Of a stretch of DNA of 64,000 nt, positions 49,532-62,197 are shown piece by piece; position 1 is the stretch's first letter; every line of letters starts with the position of its first letter. The stretch spans positions 62,001-126,000 of the forward strand of contig LVLI01000346.1 of NCBI GenBank assembly GCA_001687465.1, in the 5' to 3' direction. The notes below the pieces were generated by a model. It did not search any database. It saw only the letters and a list, made by a program, of their open reading frames with translations, and was not told where the DNA came from. The stretch is from Halocafeteria seosinensis. Lineage: Eukaryota. Made by a program: the position numbers and the translations under genes.

Positions 49532-51930
49532 ATGTCGACGGGCTCTTCGTCCTCAGCTTCTGTGACCTTGTCAGCTGCCAAAGCAGCTGTCGCTGGCGCT
49601 TCTGCGTGGCCAGGGCAGTTCCATACAGAAGGAAGGTATACTTCTACCGCGTATACTGGGCCGGACCCTGTACAGACGGAGGAGGACACGTCGGCGCCTT
49701 CGATGTCGTCGCCTCAGTTATCTCAATTCGGGTTCGCCTCGCCCAGTTATTCACATGCAGGTTCTTCAGCAATGAACACACCCCCACAGGAAGGCTCCAA
49801 AGCTGTAGCAGCGCATTATCCTTCCAGAGGTGGCGTACATGTGTCTCAGGACTCGCGGTCCTTTCGGACACCTCCGGCACCAGATTCTCAACAGGGACCG
49901 AACGTCGTGCCGTCATACGAACAGAGAGGGCCAGACCACGGCATGTTTGGGGGCGCGCATGCTGGAAAATCCACCGCTTATAGTCAGTACGACAACTGGG
50001 ACCAGGACCGCAACCAACAGGGGGCTGAAGATCTACCGCTAGATGAGTTACAGGAGGAGATGGCACGTTCGTTGGAAAGGTATGTTTCTCGGTGTTTTGA
50101 TGCCGTTAGCAATCGTGTATCCGTCATTTGAACACTAACGTGCGCAGATTACACCAACTGGAAACTTTTTTCCTGCATAGTCAGCAAAGTGCACCAGCGC
50201 ACCAGCAGAATTCTCAGGAGTTACTGGCTTCCCTCACGCACAGTTCCTGCGTACATCATGAAGTGGTGAGGCCCACGTGCGATAAAGATATATGGACGGA
50301 TATTAAAGCATTTAAGCGTTCTCTTGAAGATAAACAAATACGATTAGCCCAAATAACGGACCTAACGATGAGGAAGATAGAACACCTAGAGTCTCTCGTA
50401 CATGGGCAGTATGGTCAAGGACTGGTATCACACGTTCGAACATTGATCGAGGATAAGACCAGAGTGAAACATCGACTTATAGCGGCTAGTACCCAAAACT
50501 CGGAGTTGTCTTCCAAGCTGACATATTACACGGAAAAAGCAAATGTGGACTCAGAAATGAATGAACGGTTGCAACCCTTGGAGAAGAAAATGCAGAACGT
50601 TTTGGAACAGCTCCGCACTGCACAGGAGGATCAAGAGGAGAAGTGGAGGACTCATTTCAGCAAACTTGAGGAAATGAGCAATAATGACACCTTCAGGAAG
50701 AGTGTTGATGCTCTGCAAAATGGTATTGAGAGCAAACTGAATTCTACGATGGATGAGATTCAATCATTGGGGAAATCGCTGAATAAAGGGAGGACAGAGA
50801 CTCCAGAGAAATTGCTGGAAACCAAAACGGAAATCGTTGATAAGGTCGGTGAAGTTTTGAGGCAGAACGAGGAAATCAAGGAAGAATTGAAAACTATAAC
50901 TTCCGGTGGCGGGTCTAACGCCACACCCAATTCCCATGTGGAATACGATACTTTGAAGGAAGCTACGGAGCAGCTAGAGAAGAAGCTTTCAGCGTTAGTG
51001 GACTCAAGACATGATGAAGAGAGTCGTATAGAGAACCGGATCCAGAAGGAATTCGAAACTCTCAAAGAAATGTTGAGTAATAAAAAGTCGAAAGAAAATA
51101 TGCTAGAGACTGTGCAAAACGACCGGTGGAAGCTATCTCGACTGATCAATGCTGCTATGAGACTAGCGCTTTCACGCTTCGACGGCAATGTAGAGTTACC
51201 AGAAATTCCCGCACTGTCAGATGATCCCATTCAACTTCAAGAACGATTGCTTTTCAACACTGTGGTTGCTACGATGAACTCCATTTACAAGGACGTGGAC
51301 GAAAAAGTCCTCAATGACACTCCTCCCTCCAGCCCTCAGCAAGTGGAGGGGCAACTGGAGAACTACAGTCAAAGGAGAAAAAAGCATTCTCCATCTTATG
51401 GGAGGTCACAGGAAAATTCGTTCGCTGTACGCGAAAGACCGTCTCACGCAGCCCTTGAGAGGTCTCGGTCTACGAACTCTCAATCCGGTCACCAGGTGTC
51501 AGAGTGGCTGCGGGACATGCACTCCCATTTTCAACACAACAGAGCTGAAGTAGAGCCTTCAACGCGCTTGTCTGGGCACTCTCCTACTTCGCAGAAATTA
51601 GACAGGTGGTTTTCTTCCCATGCACCTTGGTCAACGTCCAGTGCGTTACGGCGCACTCCGGAAAACAACGGAGGGGGGTCCCATACCCAGTATGCTTCCC
51701 CTCATTCTCAAAGCTCTCAGGGCTGGTCTGTACACGACAGCAGTGCCGCAGTGGCCTTTGGAGAACAGCAAGCAGAACTAGATGCAACATCTGATGAAAT
51801 TGAGCAGAAGGAGCAAGCTGTGCGAAATCAGCGTACGTTAGATTCCTATCGCACCAATGAAGCATCTTATAGTTCCCGCCCACTGTCTCCCAACATTTCG
51901 GGTATACTGAAGGGTGTGAATCCCCATTAG
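49532..51930 (+). CDS. Hypothetical coiled-coil protein (2 exons)
   Basis: ORFs 49274-50131 and 50128-51930 are joined by a GTATGT..CAG intron (~50080-50147). Ser-rich N-terminus and central coiled coil; no family recognised. Confidence 0.72.
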
Positions 51931-52265
51931 TCGTCCACACAATGTGCACTGAATAGTGTCACCACAAAGCAACGAGTCTGTAGTAACTAACGTTGCAGAG
52001 AATACACAAATGCTTGTGCATGCTTCAAGTCCATTCTCCTGCACTATACTCATGGCAGTTACTCGCAAGGGCAAAGTTCGAAGGAAACCACCCTGAGTTA
52101 GCCCTTAGAGGAGTGAAAAACACGGGATCGCGGGCTTCCTGGTTCCAGATACTCCTGTGAAGTTGGCCGGTGGTCTTCGGATAGTCGCCAAGTGACTGCT
52201 GCTCTTGTTTGACGTTCCCATCTACGTAGTTCGAGACGCAAGTAGGTTTAGGGCGTACAGTGGAT

Positions 52266-54080
52266 ATGTCGAATATTCGACGGCTGGCCTGGCGTGTGTG
52301 GCATCCTTTCATTCATCGGCCACATGGGCAACTTCACAATGTCTATAAACCCAGTCATATGCTACAAGTGAGGTGTATGAGTTCCACAGATGGTTCTACG
52401 ATATCTGGGAAAGCATCTCCGACTGCGACGAAGGAGTTTGTCACTTCGAAATCGATGCCATCCACGCGCATGGCTCGAGGTGGAGGACTGCACATTTCCA
52501 GAGTGGGCTTTGGGAGCGATGATTATGGAGTGGATACCAGCGAAAGGTCTCAGCAGCTTGCTAAGGCTGTTCTTCGTCGAGGGGTAAATGTATTGCAGAT
52601 CGATATCGATTCCCTCTTTGCGAGAAGACAGCCGACCTCACCTCTATATGAGACTAGCGAAGCGGCGTTGCACTGGGAGAAGCGTACACTACAGAGATTG
52701 ATATGTCCGAAGCAGACAAAGAAAGATACAGTACGTAGGGATCAGCTAGTGATCATTGGGAGAATAGGAGTTCTTGGGGCAAACCCCTACACCTCACCTT
52801 ATGGTGTGGAGGTCGTTAACGACAGAGTGCAAGAGGCTCTCAACCTGTTGGGCCTGGAACAATTTGACTTGGTCTTGACGGACTTGCCGGTTCGTTCGCG
52901 GTACTCGGTAGAGTCTCTATCGAAGAGAGTACTACAGTGTCTTGAGGAATCCGTTGACAAAGGTCTGACCCAATACTACGGTATTGGAGCATCCCAGTTT
53001 ACACCATTCGATGAGCATGAAGGGTGGGGAGATGCGATTCCGATCAGAACCATCTTTGCCGTAGCTGAAGACTATTCTGCTAAGCATCATTTGGTGGCAA
53101 TTGAATATGTGCAGTCAGTACTAGACGTCTCATCTATGCTACCTACAGCTATCGATGAGAACGAGGAGTCGTGGTCCCTCATGGAACTGATTCGTTCTTA
53201 CGGAATGACTCAGTTGCTTAGGTCTCCTTTAGACTGCCTCCACGAGGGTAAAGTGTTTCGCTGTGTCGATTCTGAGTCCCATGATGATGTATCTGGACCC
53301 GATGTCTCTCATGAATTGGATGAGGCGGTGAATGTTGCGATACACCTTGAGCGAAAATTCGAGTTTGAGGTGTTGCCAGAATTGAGAAAAGAAAGCTCAG
53401 ACAACACGGACCTTCGCAACATCGAAACCTCTGATTATAATTGGGCTCGTACCGTTGGTTTCAATTTACATCAGTTAGACTCTTTATTGCAATGGAGGTT
53501 TATGTGGAACAGAAGGGTTAAGCCAGCTGTGAATAAACTTACAAAAATTAGTTCGGAGATGCACGAAGCCAGCCAATGGTCTCGTGCTTATCAGGGTGCT
53601 ATGTTCCATATGAAACTTGCAATCGACAAGTACGTGGACAAACTGCATGCACATCGGGCACACGCTGTTTCCCAAGAATTCGAAACACTTGATGGAAGAT
53701 TCTACACCGTGCCGCAATTAGACTGGAGAGTCCTTCGACTCCTGCTGTCTTCTCCCGGGGACACCGTTCTAACTGAGGAAGCACAGACGTTCAACAAGGG
53801 TCTTAATCAGTATTTGCCACCGGCTAGCAATGCAGTGAAGTTTCAGAACGAATTGGGTAGTTTGGTTGAACGCATTCATGATAGAATGTGGCCTGCCCAA
53901 CGAGCATCCCAGCGTCCCACTTCCAGAACAAGAGAGTCAGGGAATTCTCATCCTGTTGCCGATAAGCTGTATCGAGAAGATAGCTACAGTGAAGCTGGTT
54001 CTCATGCAGATAGAATGAGAAGAATCATTGACAAGAAGAAGCAGAAGAACCGTCACGACACTGGTGGCAGTGATGAATGA
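52266..54080 (+). CDS. Aldo/keto-reductase-fold protein, probably mitochondrial and catalytically degenerate
   Basis: AKR-like LHISRVGFG, VRRDQLVI, LGLEQFDLVL, LEESVDKGLTQYYGI; presequence-like N-terminus (...LQVRCMSS). Confidence 0.7.
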   Translation: MSNIRRLAWRVWHPFIHRPHGQLHNVYKPSHMLQVRCMSSTDGSTISGKASPTATKEFVTSKSMPSTRMARGGGLHISRVGFGSDDYGVDTSERSQQLAKAVLRRGVNVLQIDIDSLFARRQPTSPLYETSEAALHWEKRTLQRLICPKQTKKDTVRRDQLVIIGRIGVLGANPYTSPYGVEVVNDRVQEALNLLGLEQFDLVLTDLPVRSRYSVESLSKRVLQCLEESVDKGLTQYYGIGASQFTPFDEHEGWGDAIPIRTIFAVAEDYSAKHHLVAIEYVQSVLDVSSMLPTAIDENEESWSLMELIRSYGMTQLLRSPLDCLHEGKVFRCVDSESHDDVSGPDVSHELDEAVNVAIHLERKFEFEVLPELRKESSDNTDLRNIETSDYNWARTVGFNLHQLDSLLQWRFMWNRRVKPAVNKLTKISSEMHEASQWSRAYQGAMFHMKLAIDKYVDKLHAHRAHAVSQEFETLDGRFYTVPQLDWRVLRLLLSSPGDTVLTEEAQTFNKGLNQYLPPASNAVKFQNELGSLVERIHDRMWPAQRASQRPTSRTRESGNSHPVADKLYREDSYSEAGSHADRMRRIIDKKKQKNRHDTGGSDE

Positions 54081-54763
54081 GATGGCGAAACGGACCGAAG
54101 GAGAAAGTGTTGACAGACCTATCCGTACATGACGCTCCTACCTCTTGCGGGGATTATGGGAAATTCTTGGACTAACGAAAGATGGCATCAGGGTGCCTCC
54201 AATGATCTCGCTTACATGGCAAGCGCATCAACACTACCGGTACAGTAGGGTGCNCAACCCATCAAGAAAGTAGCACCTCGCCAATTAATCTACGGGCGCG
54301 TGCAGGGAATCTACTGTACTGTTTCATGATTGCACGCGATAGAGTACTTCTCAAGGTAGGAATTACTGAGAATCTGCGTTCCCGTCAGGCTAACAAACGT
54401 GGTACTACACGCGAGTGCCGGCATTGCCGCGCGTTGCACCCTTTATTCATATGCCACGCGTCCCAACCGGTAAAGTGGCCCACGACCCGGTGTGTGTATG
54501 ATAGGTCATCCTATCTATGCTTATATGCTTGGTTTGGTGTTTGCCCTCTCACTTGCGTCCCGTGGTTCACTGGTGCCAATGCACCGTGTCATTCCACTAT
54601 AATAATTGCTGGACCATGGTAGCCTTAATAAACCCAGGACACTAACCGTATTCAATTCAGTGGCATAACTGTTACACTTCTGTCTGATCTCTTTAGAGAC
54701 CGCTCTCCTGTTAGAGTCCCAGATTGCTGAACATTAAAACTCAGCAATTTCAAGTTCTCAAAT

Positions 54764-54806
54764 TTCAAACAAAATTTCAAATTGAAGCCAACGTTTGAAA
54801 TTCAAA
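54764..54806. promoter_or_regulatory. Cluster of four TTTGAA/TTCAAA (CHR-like) motifs upstream of the NSE3-like gene
   Basis: TTCAAA at 54764, 54776 and 54801 and TTTGAA at 54794, 110-150 bp upstream of the ATG at 54917. Confidence 0.55.
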
Positions 54807-54916
54807 TTTCTAAGAGGATGTCTCTCAAAGCTGCTCTTGTTACAAAAACCTTTTCCATGTGGTTTATAGAGTTTTGGAATACCATATAGAATAGGCCACC
54901 GCGAGTATTGCGCATA

Positions 54917-56555
54917 ATGACGGAAGGAGTATCATCGTCTGCCGCCTCCTCGGCGGCCCCTTCGAGGCCCCGGAGGCAAGCTACCAAGAGGCGCTTTAAC
55001 GACGAGAATGCACCTCCCAACACCCCTGAGGGTGGCGTCAATGGCCAGCATGAAGAACAAGAGTTTGAAGACGATAGTACGACTGCTGCCGCGGCAGCCA
55101 GGCGGGCGAGGAAAAGAAAAATGCGAAATCGAGGTATCCGGAAACGTGGACGCCAGGCGCTTACAACGACAGGGAAGAAGGCAGCTGAAAGAAAGAAGAG
55201 AAAAACAAGGAACCAAAGCGCCGCTTCTGGAGGTGCAGCTGGCCGACAAGAAGAGGATGAAAATGAGCAGCCGGATGAAGAGAACATACCAGACAGCGTA
55301 ATTGGTGAAGAGTTACTGGCATGCATCTCAAAAGACTTTTTTGGATCTTCCCAAAAGCATCAGTTTGACAAATACCACAGCATGGAGGAAGACGTAAGTC
55401 AGTTTAATTATCTTAGTCGTACCCATGGAAGACAATTTGGTTCTCGAATAGTGGGTTATCCGAGACTGTATCTTCGTTTCGTGCAGGTACGAGAGGCAAC
55501 CTACCGCAAGTTATTTAGATTCGTTGTTTTGCAATGTGTTTGTGGGGGAAGGCCACTAAGAAAGAGAGACGTGGCGGAAGTTTTGCAAACGCATAGCCTG
55601 GCAATGTAAGCCTCACGAAGTTTCCTCCTGCAAACAGTTATTCAAAGGATACACCCGCGTACCGTTGACTGAGACAGGCCGATGTTGGATCGAGTAAATA
55701 ATGCCCTGCGAAGAAAATTTGGCTTGGAACTTGTACCCCTTTTGGAGACAGTCACCGTAGAAGGTAACTATTTATCTAGTCTATGAGGTCTTGAGGCGCC
55801 GACAGCGCTTGGTATTGGCTTGCAGATACTGCGAGAAAAGCAAACTTCGTTTCCGGAAGAAGCAACACAGAGCTCATGGTCGTCATTGCCAACCGAGACG
55901 ATGAAGACCTCCCAGAACCTGTTTCATATCAGTCGAGAAAGTAAGTCTCAAGGTGTCGCCGGCATCATCAGCCTGCCCTCAGAATGTGTATGTCTGGAAC
56001 AGGGACTTGGGAAACTCACTTCCCCGAACCGACCGTTTATATCATTCACTAGCGATGGTTGTGATGAGTATTGTACTTCTTCAGGATGAGCAGTGTGCCA
56101 CAGCTGGTGGGTGCTATGCCAGCTGGTCGCTTTTACCATATTTCTGTCAATAGCTTCTTTTGAGGAATCATTCGATTACAGAGCTTATCAAAACCACGCT
56201 GGCAAGGGTTGACAGTAGATTTTCTTCGAAGAAACACCCAACCTTCGGTGAATGGGAATCTACTGTTTTTCGCCAATTCGTGGACGAGTAAGTGGTTGCA
56301 GTGAACGCTTCTCAACCTGATTCAACAAAAATGGCATCTTTGGGTACTTCTTCGCTACGCAGTGGTATTCTGGATGCTTTGCGGGAGAACAATGAAGTAT
56401 TTTATTACTTAGGTCCGGTTGCTCGATGTGAAATAGGTGCCCCCAACTTATACGATTTCGCGCACCGTGTTACCGAGGGTGAGAACATGCACCAGACGAA
56501 ACTGGAAAACGCTCTTCGCAAAGAAAGTCTAGGTGTTGAAGACGAATACACGTAA
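54917..56555 (+). CDS. NSE3: NSE3/MAGE-family SMC5/6 subunit (multi-exon)
   Basis: MAGE-like segments RKLFRFVVL...PLRKRDV, LDRVNNALRRKFGLELV, SLAMVVMSIVLL, FYYLGPVARCEIG. Exact exon joins are uncertain. Confidence 0.72.
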
Positions 56556-57251
56556 TATGGGTGCGTTCATAGTAGCGACAAACTATAGCTCTTTTTCCGT
56601 TCGATAAAAGGTTTTCGTGGTAGACGAAGTACAACGGAACGTTGTACTTGTCTTGTGGCCAATACAGTACAGACTGAAACCAAGTTACGAACTTTCCCCT
56701 TTTGTAGACGCACTGCTCAATAAACAAACTCGTACTACCGATTGTCATGAAATTAGCCCACACGGCTCATAGTACTATCAACTACGGCAAGACTTCCTGC
56801 GGAAACGAACTCCTTGTTCTGGCTGGAAGGATGTAGACGAGTTCAATGCAATTGGATTCTCAGATAGTTTCCAGTTCCATATATTCCGTCACTGTTGTGG
56901 GGCCCGTCTCCTCATCATGAATACTCTATCAGTGTTACAAAACACGATATTGAGCTTGGTGTTGCACTTTATACACTAGTTTCGTGTAGGAAGAGTGACT
57001 TCCAGCCTTGTGTCAGAGTCCTTCGTGCCCTGATTTCGAAGTGGTTTGAGCTCCTTCCATACGCCTAGTTAGGTGAGTGTACAACGAGAGAAGAAGGCAG
57101 ACAACACTGTGCCATGTGTATGAGACCTGAAATACCGATTTGTATGCAGGATAGAGAGGCTGCCGTCGTTTGTGAAGGGCTGTCCCTTAAAGGTTTCCGA
57201 GTGTATTTCAGAAGAGAAGACATTGGCGCCGCTTCCCACTCCAACAGTACG

Positions 57252-58457
57252 ATGACAGAACCAGCAGAAAACCTAATAGAAAAGCTCCCTCCGGAGGAAC
57301 TTGATCCGGAGGTGCTAAAGGTAGGTGTTCCGGCGCCACCCCGTTTGGCGATTCCAACGAAGGACCGCCGTTTGTTCTATTTGGCTTGCAGAACAAAATT
57401 AAGGTACCATTGCCGGCCAAGTTAGCAGTAGGAGCAGTAGCTGGAATTGTGGGTACTTGTGCAATTTTCCCGATAGATATTGTGAAAACTAGGTTACAGA
57501 ATCAGAAACGAGACAGTGCTGGTATGAGGTAGAAAGCGATGGCTTAGTGACTTTGTTATGAACATAAGTTGTTTTGGCTCGCTGTATTTCGCAGGCAATT
57601 TAAGGTATAGAGGGCCTTTCCATGCGTTTAAATCGATCATTAAACGAGAAGGTATCCGAGGGTTGTACCGTGGGCTTGGGGCTAACCTTGTTGGAGTTAC
57701 ACCAGAAAAAGCAATCAAGCTCAGTGTGAACGATGTTATTCGAGAAGTATGTAGCTCCTTGTACAACTATCTATCAAATTTGTAGATCTTCGATGGAGGT
57801 ATCGGTAAATCACTATTGCAGTATTTTACGGATAGAAACAAGGATGGGAAGATCACAATCGCCCAAGAAGTTCTCGCTGGAGCCGGTGCTGGATTCACCC
57901 AAGTCGTCGCGACCAATCCTATGGAGATCGTGAAGATAAGAATGCAGGTACAAGGAACCAATCCTAAGGATCGAATTTCAACTGCTCAGGTGGTCCGCAA
58001 GCTCGGAATTACGGGTCTCTATAGAGGGAGTTCAGCCACTCTGTTACGAGACGTCCCCTTCTCAGCGCTCTTCTTTCCAATGTATGCAAATTTGAAGAAA
58101 CTCATCGGGAATGAGGATACAATGCTGACATCCCTTGTAGCGGGATTCACAGCTGGAGCGGCTTCCTCAGGAATTTGCACCCCTTTTGACGTTGTAAAGA
58201 CAAGGCTGCAAGTCTCCGGTGCAGCGAAGCGTTACAATGGTATGATTGACTGCTGTAAGAAAGTATTCCAAAATGAAGGCATGTTCGCTCTGTATAAGGG
58301 GTGTGGCCCCCGTATGATGGTCGTCGCTCCGTTATTCGGAATATCTCTGGTAGCGTTCGATGTCCAAAAGAGGTTTATGGCCAAGCAGCTTCTTAAAGCT
58401 AAAGAGACCGAGGCTGCACGTGCCTGGGCTTCCAAAAAGTCGGACTCTTCTTCCTAA
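57252..58457 (+). CDS. Mitochondrial carrier (SLC25), glutamate-carrier-like (multi-exon)
   Basis: Three Px[DE]xx[KR] signatures (PIDIVKTR, PMEIVKIR, PFDVVKTR); TPEKAIKL and RDVPFS contact motifs of the GC/AGC subfamily; no EF-hand extension. Confidence 0.9.
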
Positions 58458-58471
58458 GAATTACTGCCCGC

Positions 58472-59638
58472 TCACGTTCGGCGTAGTATCAGGATCTCTC
58501 TGAGATTGCTCATCCCGTCTTCAAAGATAGGCCCTTGGATCACATCCCATTCGCTATGGCTTCCATCTACATGTGAGACAGCGATTAAGTCCCCGCTGTC
58601 GGGATTATTTGAGTCTTTCGGATCTATTAAGCCCTCTTGTCTCTTTATAAAATCTACAAACGACGTTGTACCTCCGCCAACTCCGAAGTAAAACCTCTTT
58701 GATGCCAGTATACAAATTCCACCCTTCCTCAACAAATCCTTGACAACATTCCATAATCTTGGGTAGTACCGTTCGTTATATAGAGTTTCACTTGCGACTA
58801 TTATGCTATACTTTGGTGTTGATGCACCGGTTGAGAGTAGTCGTGCAGTGTCTTCCCAGTCTCCCGATACCAAAGTCGAGTTTCTCACTCCTAAGTACCC
58901 ACAATTAGAGTCTATTGTCGGCAAGGTTAGCTTGTCGAGCACCTCTAAATTTAAGTCCTGAAACGTTACATTGAGTCCGTATAATAAAGCTGCTTTGATA
59001 AACTTTGATAAATGCACATGCGAAATTTAATTGTCAACCGGCGGGAAGCACTACGTACCGACGCATCCTGGAAGTCCAGCTCCACAGCCGAGCTCAAGAA
59101 AATGAGGAGACTCGTGCAAGAGCTTATGGGTCTCAGAAAAGTCCCCTGTTTTCGTTACACCGTGCTTGGAGAAGAACTCATCGAGAAAATCCAGCAGATC
59201 AAAAGTACACTCCCATATTTTAAAGCCTCCTTCGTAAATTCCTGGTGCGACATCTGAGTTAGCTAGGATGCCTTTCAGCGTCGAGTTACTCTCGATATCT
59301 GCACTCAAAGGCACAACCTGATAAAGCAGATTTCGCTCTGAAGTCTGGAGAGTTCGAAGATAGTGCAACTTTAAGTGTTTTCTTGGGTCCTGCCCGGAAT
59401 ATGTCTTTTCCAGTCTTGGAAGTAAAGTCTCGCTTCTCCACACGGTTCCCTGAGACTTGCTACTAGGCTCTATCTGATGTCCCTGCTCCTGCTCGCTAGA
59501 CTCAACGGAATGTCCATTGAAAGGGTTACTGGCTGTGGCACTTCCTTCCCTATGATCGGTCTCTGTGAGAGCAGGGGGCTGCGAATCAGCCTGCGATTCC
59601 TGCTTCCCTCCTTCGAGGTTAAAGTCGAATTTAAACAT
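58472..59638 (-). CDS. METTL18: Histidine protein methyltransferase METTL18/Hpm1 (2 exons)
   Basis: GIYEGGFKIWECTFDL, LELGCGAG, VTFQDLN, ASETLY, ASKRFYFGVGGG. Confidence 0.92.
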
Positions 59639-59784
59639 GGTCGGTGTTTACTGCATTGTCAATGATACTATTTTTCACTTTATTCTCAATGAGTTATAAT
59701 CCTTGGAAACGCATAAATCTACTGGATTTATGTCGTGTATGGGAAAGTAAGTCCGGAGGGCCCATGACCCTCTAAATCGACGCC

Positions 59785-61873
59785 ATGGCTGATTCAAGCG
59801 ACGCTACTGGGTATACACGACCTACCTCGGCCGATGGCACCGGACATAATGAGCAGGATACTATGACAGAAACTCTGCTCCGTCAATCGGCCCTCAGCAA
59901 GAGATTCAAAGATACCCTGGATCAGTTGAGCGCAGCCAGAAATACCGTCAATGTGCCTTACTGGGTCACGCTGGTCAATGAAACAGGGATCCCCGTCTTC
60001 TCAGACAGCAATTATACCACCCTATCCACGGAGAACTCAGTTCACCACCATTTGAAACAGGCTTCCCCTTCACCGAGAAGCGATTCGACCCCATCAACGC
60101 CCTCCGGTGGCCGCAACAGAGGATCTCAATTAATGTTGACAGGCAAGTAAATTCCAGTGAATGCGTTTGCTCCAATTGAGGCAAACGAAGACTGTTGCTA
60201 TCATGAACTGTGCTATTTGAACAGGGCTACTGACGAATCTATTCAAGTCCTTGGATACGAATGAGGGGATAATTTTGGATACGTTTTCAACTGACAACGC
60301 CATTGTGTGTTATAATGAGCTACGTACTGGAGACCTCAAGGATGCAACGGAGATATCGGAAGAAGACGGTAACTCAAGGCAAGGGCTGTTTGTAATGGTC
60401 GTGGGGAAGCAGGCCTTCGAGCCTTGCCCTCGTGAGATGGCATTAAGAGCTCTACGTTACGTGAAGTCCTTGTTGACGATTTACGCTGGTCCCGCTGCTG
60501 TGGAACAAGTATTGAGAAATCCGAATAACAAAAAGCTTAGGAGCGCACTTCAGGTAAGACTGCTTATTCTTCGCCAATGCGTTCCTCTGTTGGCATGACA
60601 TACTTCCGTCTGCTTCGCTCAGCCTGCTCGCTCGCGTGTACGTCATACCATAGAAGAGCTGGCATACTCTATGGTTGAGCCAGGTATAGTCCACGGTATA
60701 TCACATTTGAATAGTGGGTCTTTAGCGCCGTTTTGCGGAGAGTTAGCGACCGCCTTGCGATGTCGTTACGTTATGCTGTTAAACGGTCCAAAAATCATTT
60801 GTGCAAATCCTGCGTTTTGGCAGGAACTCCAAAATTTCAGTTTTGAAATTGCGGAAAGAGCATTCTGCACAGACCTTCAAGCAAACGCATGGGCCGATCC
60901 GACGTCGGGTGACCAGGCGGCGAATTATCCGTTCGCATCCACTTTTCAGCTCAAACTTCCAGATCCAGAGTCCGCGTTCAGCTATTTGGACGCGTATGCC
61001 CTAGTTACCTCCATATCGTTTCATTTGAGTTCGGCACAAGGAAGACAGAATCAGTTACGACTTAACGCTGGAATGCACCCATCGGGAACCAAAGCAGTTG
61101 CAGTGTTTGACGATGACGATACTCAGAGCGGCGTTCCTGAACGCGTTCGTAGAATTCATGTGGCATTATCCAGAAGGAGCGCAAAAGATAGGTCATGGCT
61201 GGAAACAATGGTAAATTTAATGAGCAGCCCTGACGCGAGTAATAGACCTTCACTAGCGAATCAACCGGCTAGCGCTATGCATTGGAGGAGTTTCAGCGAT
61301 GAGCTGCAGTCCGCCATTCGAAACACCAACCAACCGACACCAAAAAAGTGCGGTGTTGTGAAGGAGTTGCATAAATTGTCTGCCAGGCTACCTGAACGTA
61401 GTGCTTCCACAGCACGGCGTGTTGTTTGCATCGTGTTCCGTCGGTACTTTCCGAAGTCAGATCTGCAAGGGTGCCAGTGGGTATTTTGGGATCCCAGCTT
61501 CACCCAAGAGGATCAAAAGATACAAGTTGAACTGCTATTGCAGGGGGCCATTAGGGAATCGGAGGTAATTACTGGTGAGTCACTAGGATTCACCACGAAG
61601 GAGTTTAGCTTCTGTTGTGCTCGCGTTAAGTCGGCGGCAGACTCTATTGTGAACATTGGCATTGCGTGTAGCCCAGCCGTGGGATGGGTAAATCAGTTTC
61701 ACTCTTTAACCAGAGAACTGGCAAGGCACTTTGAGAATGCCAGCTCCCGGACTACCGAACCAATGGATGCGCTGCTTCCTGCAGTAACGAAGTTACGGTT
61801 GGCTGCTACAGGCTTCACAGCAATTTTGGGACGCCGGAGTCAACTTCAAGATGGCGAGGAAGAAGATGACTGA
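59785..61873 (+). CDS. FUZ: Fuzzy-like tri-longin CPLANE protein (3 exons; first intron GC-AG)
   Basis: Segments TLVNETGIPVFS, GLLTNLF, LDTFSTDNAIVCY, YVKSLLTIYAG, NNKKLRSAL, YVMLLNGPKIICANPAFW follow the order of FUZ longin motifs as recalled. Introns 60143-60224 and 60554-60622. Confidence 0.7.
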
Positions 61874-62197
61874 GTGCGTTCCTTCTTTGGACACGTTGCT
61901 CTGATTGTGGTCAAGGAAACGAACACATCGCGTGCATTAATCCGGTCCCTTGTACATTATTGGTTGATAAAGCTCTATTCTTCGTAAATTAAGGTATGAG
62001 TACGCCAGAGGTCATGATACTTCTTTGACTCTGAGCTTGGCACTCCTCTCCCCTTCCGGCCCCCCGTTTAAACCTTTTTTGTAGTTTTTGGAAGTTTGCA
62101 GGGATAAATACACATTCCAGTAATTCCACATTCTATGGTATTGCATTCCCTCCGATATTTTTGTATTCACCAAGCTATAGAGAAAGGATTATCTACA

